Source: an uncultured Deinococcaceae bacterium
GTDB taxonomy: Bacteria; Deinococcota; Deinococci; Deinococcales; Deinococcaceae
Assembly: GCA_964252075.1 (NCBI GenBank)
Contig: CAXULY010000004.1
Location: forward strand, 32,001 to 96,000
Reading direction: 5' to 3'
DNA length: 64,000 nt
The notes under the pieces are model-generated. The model saw only the letters and a program-made list of their open reading frames with translations. It searched no databases and was not told where the DNA came from. Shown here in pieces: positions 56,459 to 64,000 of this stretch. Both the position numbers and the translations under genes were made by a program. Each line of letters starts with the position of its first letter. Within the stretch, counting starts at the first letter, position 1.

Positions 56459-57142
56459 TCACAGGGCGTACCCGCCGTAGGGGTCGTCGCGCACGAGGCG
56501 GCCGCGGCGCAGGGTGAGGGTGCGGTGCCGGAAGGTCTCCACGAGGTCGCGGGCGTGCGTGGCGACCACGATGGTGGTGCCGCGCAGGTTCACGTTCTGC
56601 AGGACCTTCAGGATCTCGCGGCTGTTCTCCGGGTCGAGGTTCCCGGTGGGTTCGTCCGCGAGGAGCAGCGGCGGGTCCGTGACGACGGCGCGCGCGATGG
56701 CGACGCGCTGCTGCTCACCCTGCGAGAGCTGCAGGGGCAGCGCGTGCTTCTTGTGCTCCAGACCCACGAGTTTCAGGGCGCTCGTGGCGCGGTTCGGCCA
56801 TTCGCGCGCGGGGATGCCCGTGACGCGCAGGGCGAGCGTGATGTTGTCGTACACGCTCATGTGCGGCAGCAGCAGGTTGTCCTGGAACACCATGCCGATG
56901 CGGCGGCGGTGCATGGCGGTGCGGCGCCCGCGGAAGCGCGTGAGGGGCTCGCCCGCCACGTACACCTGCCCGCGCGTGGGGAGGGTGCGTTTCAGGATGA
57001 GGCCCAGGAAGCTGCTCTTGCCGGCGCCGCTGTGCCCCACGAGGTACACGAACTCGCCCTTCTGGACGTGCAGGTCGAGGTCGTCGAGCGCCAGTGTGCG
57101 CGTGACGGGGTATTCAAGGCTCACGTGATGAAACTGGATCAT
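56459..57142 (-). CDS. ftsE: Cell division ATPase FtsE
   Basis: GHSGAGKS, VFQD, LSQGEQQRV, ADEPTGNLD. Confidence 0.94.
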   Translation of the reverse strand: MIQFHHVSLEYPVTRTLALDDLDLHVQKGEFVYLVGHSGAGKSSFLGLILKRTLPTRGQVYVAGEPLTRFRGRRTAMHRRRIGMVFQDNLLLPHMSVYDNITLALRVTGIPAREWPNRATSALKLVGLEHKKHALPLQLSQGEQQRVAIARAVVTDPPLLLADEPTGNLDPENSREILKVLQNVNLRGTTIVVATHARDLVETFRHRTLTLRRGRLVRDDPYGGYAL

Positions 57143-57404
57143 GGGGGCTGAGGGGCGGCAAGCGCGACCGTGGCGCGCTGCGCCGACCGTCGCCCTGCCT
57201 GACGCGCTCAGCATAGCCCATGCCGCGCCCGCCCGGATGACGGATGTCGCGGCGCGGCCCGCGCGGGAAAAACCGGTGTTCGGTGCGCGCGTGGGGTGGG
57301 CGTCCTCAAGCACCGTTCATGCGGGTGGCGCGCGGCGGCACACCCATTTGGGGGGCGTGATGGCTTACGGAATCTTCACCAGGGGCCGCTATCTTGCAGT
57401 CAGC

Positions 57405-58754
57405 ATGAATCAACGCGTGAAATGGCTCATTGTGGCCGGGGCGCTGGCCGCCACCGCTGCCGTCGGGTACGCCCAGTACGAGACTTATGTGCCGGTCGCC
57501 GCCAAGGAAGTGACCAGCAGCAAGGCCGGTCAGTCCTTCCTGATCACCCTCACGGCGCTGGAGCAGATTTACCTCAAGCCGCTGGACCGCGAGGAGCTGC
57601 TGCGCGGCGCCACCAAAGGCATGATGGAGGCCACCAAGGACCGCTTCAACTACTACTTCGAGCCGAAAGTCGCGGCGTCGCAGAGCCAGGACGTGTCCGG
57701 TGAGTTCTTCGGCATCGGCGCGGCGATCGGCGCGAAGAACGCCGACGGGACGGGCGCCGTCATCGATCAGGTGTACCGCGACCAGCCCGCCGCGCGCGCG
57801 GGCCTGCAGGCGGGCGATTACATCGTGAAGGTGAACGGCGAGGACGTCACGACCCTCACCAGCACCGACGTGGTCGCCAAGATCCGCGGCCCGAAGGGCA
57901 GCCAGGTGAAGATCACCGTGCAGCGCGGCAGCAACACCGTCGAGGCCAGCATGAACCGCGCGGCCATCACGATCGTGTCGGTGTCCACCAGCATGCTGCC
58001 GAACAACGTGGGGTACATCGCGCTGCAGACCTTCGAGAACCAGAAGGTGAACCAGCAGTTCGCGGCGGCCGTCGCGGAGATGAAGAAGAAGGGCGTGCAG
58101 AAGCTCATCCTGGACCTGCGCGACAACGGCGGCGGCCTGCTGTGCAGCGGCACCTTCGTGGCGGATCAGTTCCTGCAGAAGGGCACCATCGTGACGCTGC
58201 GCGACCGCGACGGCAAGAGCGAGGACCTGGGCTGCGCGGACAAGGGCGTGGCGAGCAACCAGGCGACCGATTACACCGGGAAGCTGGTCGTGCTGATCAA
58301 CAAGAACAGCGCGAGCGCCAGCGAGATCGTCTCGGGCGCCCTGCAGGACGTGGGCCGCGCCACCATCATCGGTGAGAAGAGCTTCGGCAAGGGCGTCGCG
58401 CAGAGCGTGCTGCCGAACCTCCCGGACGGCTCGCAGGTGGACATCGTGACCGCCGAGTGGCTCACCCCGAAGGGCCGCGCCATTCAGGGCAAGGGCATCA
58501 CGCCGGACGTGGCGGTGAAGGACAACCGCTACCCGGACAGCTTCAGCGTGAGCGGCCAGGGCCTGCCCGCGAACACCAAGCTGACGGTGGATGTCGGGGG
58601 CCGCAAGGCGCAGGTCACGACGGACAAGGACGGTCAGTTCACGTACACCGCGCCGCCCAAGCGCCTCGCGACGAGCAGCAACCAGGGCGAGGCGATCGTG
58701 GACCCCAGCAAGGACGCGGAGCTCGCGAAGGCCATCTCGGTCCTCGCGCAGTAA
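57405..58754 (+). CDS. ctpA: S41 C-terminal processing protease with PDZ domain
   Basis: FFGIGA, DLRDNGGG, SASASEI, FGKG. Confidence 0.9.
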   Translation: MNQRVKWLIVAGALAATAAVGYAQYETYVPVAAKEVTSSKAGQSFLITLTALEQIYLKPLDREELLRGATKGMMEATKDRFNYYFEPKVAASQSQDVSGEFFGIGAAIGAKNADGTGAVIDQVYRDQPAARAGLQAGDYIVKVNGEDVTTLTSTDVVAKIRGPKGSQVKITVQRGSNTVEASMNRAAITIVSVSTSMLPNNVGYIALQTFENQKVNQQFAAAVAEMKKKGVQKLILDLRDNGGGLLCSGTFVADQFLQKGTIVTLRDRDGKSEDLGCADKGVASNQATDYTGKLVVLINKNSASASEIVSGALQDVGRATIIGEKSFGKGVAQSVLPNLPDGSQVDIVTAEWLTPKGRAIQGKGITPDVAVKDNRYPDSFSVSGQGLPANTKLTVDVGGRKAQVTTDKDGQFTYTAPPKRLATSSNQGEAIVDPSKDAELAKAISVLAQ

Positions 58755-58859
58755 GCCGCCCGCTGCACCCGGAGGCCCGGCGCGCGCGCCGGGCCTTTGT
58801 TGTAGGCCGTTCCTTTTGTGTTCCGCGCCACAGCTCGGCGCGGGGGTATTGTGAAGGCG

Positions 58860-59525
58860 ATGAGCGCCGTGATTCACCTTCAGGCCCTGGGCCTCACCGA
58901 GTACGAGGCGCGCGCCTACACGGCCCTGCTGGCCCTGGGGCGCGCGGTGCCCGCGCGCGTGGCGAGGCAGGCGGGCATCCCGCGGCCCAAGATTTACGAG
59001 ACGCTGGAGCGGCTGGAGGGGCGGGGGCTCGCCGCGCGCGTCGGGCAGAACCCGCTGGAGTACGCGCCGCTCTCCGCGCGGGAGTACCTGGACCGCTCCC
59101 GGCGCAGCTTCGATGACCGCCTGGGGGCGCTGGAGCGGGACCTGTCGCGCCTCACGCCGGACCCCGCGCCGGAAGCGGTGTACCACCTGAACGGCGAGGC
59201 GGCCATCCGCGCGATCTGCGAGAACCTCGCCATCAACGCCCGCACGCGCCTCTCGGTGGCGGGCGACACGGACCTCGCGTCCACGCTGGAGCGCATGACG
59301 CCGCGCGGCGTGCGCCTCACGCGGGCGGGCCTCGCGGGCCTGCCGCCCATCGCGGTGCCGGGGCAGCAGGCGCTGCTGCTCACGCGGGACGGCGAGGCGG
59401 CGGTGGTGGCGCACTTCGGGGGGGAGCGCGAACCGCACGGCGTGCACACGCACCACCCGGTGATCGTGCACCTCATTGAGGGGTACGTGGCGCTCGCGGC
59501 GCAAAGCGAAAAAAGCCCCGCTTAA
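58860..59525 (+). CDS. TrmB-family transcriptional regulator
   Basis: LGLTEYEARAY...AGIPRPKIYETL. Confidence 0.9.
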   Translation: MSAVIHLQALGLTEYEARAYTALLALGRAVPARVARQAGIPRPKIYETLERLEGRGLAARVGQNPLEYAPLSAREYLDRSRRSFDDRLGALERDLSRLTPDPAPEAVYHLNGEAAIRAICENLAINARTRLSVAGDTDLASTLERMTPRGVRLTRAGLAGLPPIAVPGQQALLLTRDGEAAVVAHFGGEREPHGVHTHHPVIVHLIEGYVALAAQSEKSPA

Positions 59526-59534
59526 CGCGGGGCT
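59509..59534 (-). terminator. Intrinsic terminator for the peptide-gene transcript
   Basis: Minus strand AGCCCCGC-GTTAA-GCGGGGCT followed by a U-tract, 20 nt after the ORF2 stop. Confidence 0.75.
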
Positions 59535-59554
59535 CGGTTCGTGAGGGGGCGCAT

Positions 59555-59689
59555 CTACATCAACCCGAAGTCGGCGGGGAGGCCCGTGCGGATGGGCGCC
59601 GTGAACTCGGGGCGGTTCGTCTGCGGCGCCGGGCTGGGCGCGCGCACCTGTGGCTTCGGCGCGGGGACCGGCTGGGTGGGGCGGGTCAT
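59555..59689 (-). CDS. 44-aa Pro-rich peptide ending in GLPADFGLM (peptide ORF2)
   Basis: MTRPTQPVPAPKPQVRAPSPAPQTNRPEFTAPIRTGLPADFGLM*; TGATG coupling to ORF1; C-terminal motif matches the ORF1 repeat. Confidence 0.75.
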   Translation of the reverse strand: MTRPTQPVPAPKPQVRAPSPAPQTNRPEFTAPIRTGLPADFGLM

Positions 59690-59847
59690 CACATCACCCC
59701 GAAGTCTTTGGGCTGGCCGTTCGTGACGGGCTTGGTGACCTTCATCACGCCGAAGTCCTTGGGCTGCCCGGCGGACGCGAGGGTGGAGACGCCCAGCACG
59801 AGGCTTGCCAGCACAACCGCGACCTTCTTACCTTTAACTTCGCTCAT
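59689..59847 (-). CDS. 52-aa secreted peptide precursor with two GQPKDFGVM copies (peptide ORF1)
   Basis: MSEVKGKKVAVVLASLVLGVSTLASA-GQPKDFGVM-KVTKPVTN-GQPKDFGVM*; TACATT -10 6 nt before ATG; the repeats differ only at synonymous sites. Confidence 0.85.
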   Translation of the reverse strand: MSEVKGKKVAVVLASLVLGVSTLASAGQPKDFGVMKVTKPVTNGQPKDFGVM

Positions 59848-59874
59848 GCTGCTAATGTAAAGGTGAGGCTGTTA

Positions 59875-61770
59875 ATGGGTGATCCATCCGCACATGCAGA
59901 GGCGAAAACGCTCTTTGAGGCCGGCCAGTACGCCGACCTGATCACAACCCTGGAAGACCGCGCTCAGACGGCGCGCGATTTTGCGTTGCTGGGCATGGCC
60001 CTCTTGCGTTCCGGTCGCTTTCAGGACGCGGAATTCCCGCTGTACAAGGCCAGCATCCTGGGGGACGCGGAGGGGGCGGTGGAGCTGGGGAACCTGCTGC
60101 GCCTGCTCGGCCGTTTCGACGAGGCGGGCGCGCACTTCGAAGCTATCAGCGAAACTATTACAGGAGAATTACAACTGCGCCTGCTGCGCTGGTGGGGCGT
60201 CTCCCGGTACCAGGCGGGCGAGTCGGAAGCCGGCCTGAAGCTCTTGGAGCGCGCGTGGTACGGCTACATGGCGCTCGGGGACGACGAACTGACCGCCCGC
60301 GTGACCCAGTCCCTCGCGCAGATGCACCTGCTCTCGGGGAACCTCATCCGCGCCAAGCAGCTGTACAGCGAGGCCATCCGGGCGCTCACCGACGAGTCCC
60401 CGCAGATCACGCGTCTTGGCGTGCTGCGCGGCCTGCTGACCATCCAGCTGCAGTACCATGACATCGCGGGCGCCGCCGAGACGCTCCAGCAGGCGAAGTC
60501 CGCCCTGGGCGGGAGCGACCTCCCGCGCGAGCGGGCGCTGCTGCTGAGCGCCGAGGCGGAACTGCTGCAGCTGTCCGGGCAGACCTTCGCGTACGGGGAC
60601 GCGCTGGAGCGCCTGTACACTGAAGCGGAAGCCATGCAGGACTACGAGTTGCGGCTCTGGGCGACCGCCCGCCTTGTGGACCACCTCAGCCTGGTCGGGC
60701 AGCACTCGCGCGCGACGGCGGTGCTGGTGGGGTTCGGCACGCCCAGCGAGCAGTGGCCGCCCGAGCTATGGGCCGCGCACGGCGTGCTGGAGCGCCGCCG
60801 CAATCAGTTCAGGCCCGCCATGGAGAGCCTGGAGCGCGCCGCGCGGTTGTTCCGCGCGCAGGGCCGCAGCCCGGACCTGATCCGCACCCTGCTGCACGCA
60901 GCGGCCGCGTCGCACCGCATCCGCGAGCATGAGCTGTGCGTCGCGCAGCTCAAGGAGGCGCTCTTCGAGATGCTGCGCCTCAAGCAGCTCGCGGCGTTCC
61001 GCCCGGAGCTGGAGGAGCTCTCCGAGCTGATGCACTTCGCGCTGCTGGAGCCCGAAACGGCGCCGCTGCTGGAGCCGGTGCTGGACAACCTCGCGAACCT
61101 CGCGGGTTCACCCAGGCTCCCGGAGGACGGGCTGATGCGCGTGCAGGTCACGACGCTCGGGCGTGTGGCGGTCTTCAAGGACGGCGCGGAAGTGGAGTTG
61201 TCCCTGCGCGGCAGCGCCCTGCTGCTGGCGTACCTGTCGCTGTACCCGCGCCGCACGCGCGCGGAACTGCAGCTCGCCCTGTACCCGGAGAAGGACGCCA
61301 AGACCGGCAGCGGGTACATCCGCGCGGCCTTCTCGGAACTCCGAGAGAAACTCGGGCGGGACATCGTGACCTTCGACGGGCCGCACAACTCCCCGCAGTA
61401 CCGCCTGGGGGCCATGGTGCACCTGGACCTGGACCTCACGCAGTTCCGGGAGGCGCTCGACAAGGGCGAGGTGGCGCGCGCGCTCGCGCTGTACCGCGGG
61501 CCGTTCATGCCGGACATGGACGACAGCGAGTGGGTGCAGCAGGTGCGCGAGGAAGGCATGCTGAGCCTCGCCTTCGAGTTGCAGAACCACATGGCGCGCT
61601 ACCAGGCGGTGGGGGATTTCCGCCGCGTGATCCTGCTCGCGAACCAGTACCTGCGCATCGACCCGTACGACCGGGACGTGCTGGAGAAGCGCCTGGAGGC
61701 CGCGCAGGTGGTGGCGTCACCGCAGGAGCTGGCGCGCTACACGGCGGAGCTGCGCCGCCTCCACAACTGA
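59875..61770 (+). CDS. TPR-repeat plus C-terminal SARP-like wHTH/BTAD transcriptional regulator
   Basis: About 420 aa of TPR-like helices, then VTTLGRVAV...LLLAYL...LALYP...LREKLG...ALALYRGPF...SEW...DPYD. Confidence 0.85.
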   Translation: MGDPSAHAEAKTLFEAGQYADLITTLEDRAQTARDFALLGMALLRSGRFQDAEFPLYKASILGDAEGAVELGNLLRLLGRFDEAGAHFEAISETITGELQLRLLRWWGVSRYQAGESEAGLKLLERAWYGYMALGDDELTARVTQSLAQMHLLSGNLIRAKQLYSEAIRALTDESPQITRLGVLRGLLTIQLQYHDIAGAAETLQQAKSALGGSDLPRERALLLSAEAELLQLSGQTFAYGDALERLYTEAEAMQDYELRLWATARLVDHLSLVGQHSRATAVLVGFGTPSEQWPPELWAAHGVLERRRNQFRPAMESLERAARLFRAQGRSPDLIRTLLHAAAASHRIREHELCVAQLKEALFEMLRLKQLAAFRPELEELSELMHFALLEPETAPLLEPVLDNLANLAGSPRLPEDGLMRVQVTTLGRVAVFKDGAEVELSLRGSALLLAYLSLYPRRTRAELQLALYPEKDAKTGSGYIRAAFSELREKLGRDIVTFDGPHNSPQYRLGAMVHLDLDLTQFREALDKGEVARALALYRGPFMPDMDDSEWVQQVREEGMLSLAFELQNHMARYQAVGDFRRVILLANQYLRIDPYDRDVLEKRLEAAQVVASPQELARYTAELRRLHN

Positions 61771-61846
61771 GTGGAGGCGCCCTGAAGCCAGCAAGGATAT
61801 AGGGCCCCTCAGCCTCGCCAGGTCTTCTGCTGAGACCCACCAAACC

Positions 61847-61888
61847 AACAGCAGAGGAGGCGCCCGTGCGGGCGCCTCCTCTGCTGTT
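61847..61888. terminator. Hairpin between convergent regulator and helicase genes
   Basis: AACAGCAGAGGAGGCGCCCG-TG-CGGGCGCCTCCTCTGCTGTT. Confidence 0.75.
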
Positions 61889-61894
61889 CAGGTG

Positions 61895-63670
61895 TTAGCG
61901 GTTCTCGCGGTCGCGCGGGACGAACTCGCGGTCCGCGTACTGCCGCGCGGGGCGGTCGGTGCTGCGGTTGTCGCGGTCGCCACCGAAGCGGCGCGAGCGG
62001 TCCCCGCCGCCCTGCGAGCGGTACCCGCCACGGTCGCCGCCAGAGCGGTCACCGTAGCTGCGGCCCCGGCTGCCGCCACTGCGGTCGCCGTAGCTGCGGC
62101 CACCACCACGACCCTCGCGGGTGGGCTCGTCGTACAGGTCCGGAAGTTCCTCGGCAACGCTCACGCGCACACCGCCGTCCAGCGGGCTGGCCTTCAGGAG
62201 GCCGTCCACGGCGTCCTGCGGGATGTCCAGCACGGCGCCGCCCGCGAACATGCGGACCTTGCCGAGGCGTCGGGTGTCCACGTCGGTGCTGCGCGCGACG
62301 AGCGCGACGGCGCGCGGCACACTCATGCGCTCGGCCTCCAGCGCGACCGTGACCATGCCTTCCTCACCGGAGAGCAGGCTGGCGGTCTGCACGGGGCGCA
62401 CCGCACCGGCGATCTTGGCGAGCGCGCGGGCGAGGCCCTCGGCGCCCATCTCGGCGAGCAGGCGCTCCGCTTCCGCCATGAAGGGCTGGGCGTACTCGGC
62501 GTCCACGTGCCGCACGAGGTCGGCACTGGCGCGCGCACTGGCCTCGCGCACTTCCTTGGGGGTAGGCAGGGGGCGCTCGGTGAAGTGCACACCGGTCTGG
62601 TGCTCCAGGCCGCGCATGTCGCGCGCGTCGCGCTCGCCGTACATCACGATGGCGGTGCCGGTGCGGCCCGCGCGGCCCGTGCGGCCGGAGCGGTGCACGT
62701 AGCTCTCGGGGTCCTGCGGGAGGTGGTACTGCACCACGAGGTCGATCTGCGGGATGTCCAGGCCGCGCGCCGCGACGTCCGTCGCGACGAGCACACCCAC
62801 CTGACCGGCGCGGAAGCGGCCCAGGGCGCGCTCGCGCTGGCTCTGCGCGAGGTCGCCGTGCAGGCCTTCCGCCTCGATGCCGCGGTGGATGAGTTCCATG
62901 GCGAGTTCGTCCGCTTCCTTCTTGGTGCGGGTGAACACGATGGCGCGCTCCGGGGCGTACACGGTCAGCAGGTCCGCGAGGACGCGGGTGCGGGTGCGGC
63001 CCACCTTCACCTTGAGGTGCTCGACGCTGGTGGCGGCCTGCATGCGGTCGTCGCCCACGAGGTCCACGACGACGGGCTCGCGCAGGTACTGGCGCATGAT
63101 GCGGTTCACGCCGTCCGGCAGGGTGGCGCTGAAGAGCATCGTCTGGCGCTCCTTGGGCGTCGAGGAGAGGATCTGCTCGATGGCGTCGGCGAAGCCCACG
63201 CTGAGCATCTCGTCGGCCTCGTCGAGCACCACGAACTGAATCTCGTCGAGCTTCAGGTTGCCGCGCTCGAGGTGGTCAATGACGCGGCCGGGCGTGCCGA
63301 CCACGACGTCCACGCCGCGGCGCAGGGCGCTCTCCTGGGGGCCGTAGCCGGCGCCGCCGTACACGGTGGTGACGGTGAGTTCCGGGCCGGACTTGGTGAA
63401 TTCCTCGGCGACCTGACGGGCGAGCTCGCGGGTGGGCGCCATGATGATGGCGCGGGGCGCGCGGCCGCGGTCGCGGCTGGGGGTCATGCGGGAGATGATG
63501 GGGAGCGCGAAGGCCAGGGTCTTGCCGGTCCCGGTGCGGGCGCGGCCCACCACGTCGCGGCCAGCCATGCCGTGCGGCAGCGCTTCCACCTGGATGGGAG
63601 AGGGTTCGGTGATGCCGCGCGCGGCGAGGCGCTCGGCCAGTTCGGTCGAGATGAGATCAGAAAACGTCAA
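61895..63670 (-). CDS. DEAD-box RNA helicase with RG-rich tail
   Basis: ARTGTGKT, PTRELA, TPGR, DEAD, SAT, ARGLD, HRSGRTGR; TTG start after AAGGA. Confidence 0.95.
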   Translation of the reverse strand: MTFSDLISTELAERLAARGITEPSPIQVEALPHGMAGRDVVGRARTGTGKTLAFALPIISRMTPSRDRGRAPRAIIMAPTRELARQVAEEFTKSGPELTVTTVYGGAGYGPQESALRRGVDVVVGTPGRVIDHLERGNLKLDEIQFVVLDEADEMLSVGFADAIEQILSSTPKERQTMLFSATLPDGVNRIMRQYLREPVVVDLVGDDRMQAATSVEHLKVKVGRTRTRVLADLLTVYAPERAIVFTRTKKEADELAMELIHRGIEAEGLHGDLAQSQRERALGRFRAGQVGVLVATDVAARGLDIPQIDLVVQYHLPQDPESYVHRSGRTGRAGRTGTAIVMYGERDARDMRGLEHQTGVHFTERPLPTPKEVREASARASADLVRHVDAEYAQPFMAEAERLLAEMGAEGLARALAKIAGAVRPVQTASLLSGEEGMVTVALEAERMSVPRAVALVARSTDVDTRRLGKVRMFAGGAVLDIPQDAVDGLLKASPLDGGVRVSVAEELPDLYDEPTREGRGGGRSYGDRSGGSRGRSYGDRSGGDRGGYRSQGGGDRSRRFGGDRDNRSTDRPARQYADREFVPRDRENR

Positions 63671-63913
63671 GTGAATCCTTTCCGGGAAGGCGCAGCCCGG
63701 TCCGGCCTCAGTCTGTGCTGAGGATGATGTCCGGCAGTTCGCCCTCCGCCGATCCGGCATGTGACCGTCTCGGCGAGAAGAGCCCAGTGCGCGGCCTATT
63801 AAGCCACATCTTCTTGGCGCAATGCCAGCCCTCGGGCGGCGCGCAGCAAGCTCTAAGCGTAGAGTATACACGAAAAGGGGCAGCCCGGCTAGGGGCCGCC
63901 CGGGGTGGGAGCG

Positions 63914-64000
63914 TCAGGCCACCGGTTGGGCGGCGCAGTCGGCGGTCTCGTTCGCTTCGCTCAGGTGAAGCCTGGCCCAGCGGTCGATGGCGTCAATCAC
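63914..64000 (-). CDS. 3' end of a gene, possibly an HxlR-type regulator (partial)
   Basis: VIDAIDRWARLHLSEANETADCAAQPVA*. Confidence 0.45.
   Translation of the reverse strand: MIDAIDRWARLHLSEANETADCAAQPVA

Noticed and set aside
57405..58754. CtpA as the dedicated maturation protease for the peptides
   Set aside because: S41 proteases commonly neighbour ftsEX-envC, and a TrmB gene separates it from the peptide locus; proximity alone is insufficient.
59689..59847. Peptide ORFs as RiPP or bacteriocin precursors
   Set aside because: No modifying enzyme, peptidase-transporter or immunity gene is adjacent, and the leader is Sec-type; signalling fits better, though it is unproven.
59650..59874. 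N-terminal extension of the TPR regulator and the 59541-59726 plus-strand ORF
   Set aside because: Both are antisense to the two peptide genes; ATG 59875, with AGGTGAGG upstream, is the better start.

Overview
High-GC chromosomal window that looks like Deinococcus: TopIB beside ung, UvsE, an RDRM-like box at uvrB, a HAIR box at ftsH, and many leaderless-type promoters. Most of it is housekeeping and metabolism: minD (partial), ftsH, two tRNAs, glgA, dgt, pfkA, rsmI, rlmH, a translationally coupled deaminase-uvsE-ung-topIB-DUF427 repair run, uvrB, a cpATP-grasp/alpha-E/transglutaminase operon, a 4-hydroxyproline catabolic cluster with a frameshifted AraC regulator, a glycerol operon led by a membrane alpha/beta-hydrolase instead of glpF, ftsEX-envC, ctpA and a DEAD-box helicase. 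I saw no mobile element or CRISPR array. The standout is at 59.5-61.8 kb: two tiny minus-strand ORFs that the ORF track misses. One is a signal-peptide precursor with two copies of GQPKDFGVM; the other is a translationally coupled, signal-less ORF ending in GLPADFGLM. They sit head-to-head, 27 bp apart, with a TPR-wHTH-BTAD regulator, making a candidate RRNPP-like peptide signalling system. All calls come from manual motif recognition, not database searches.
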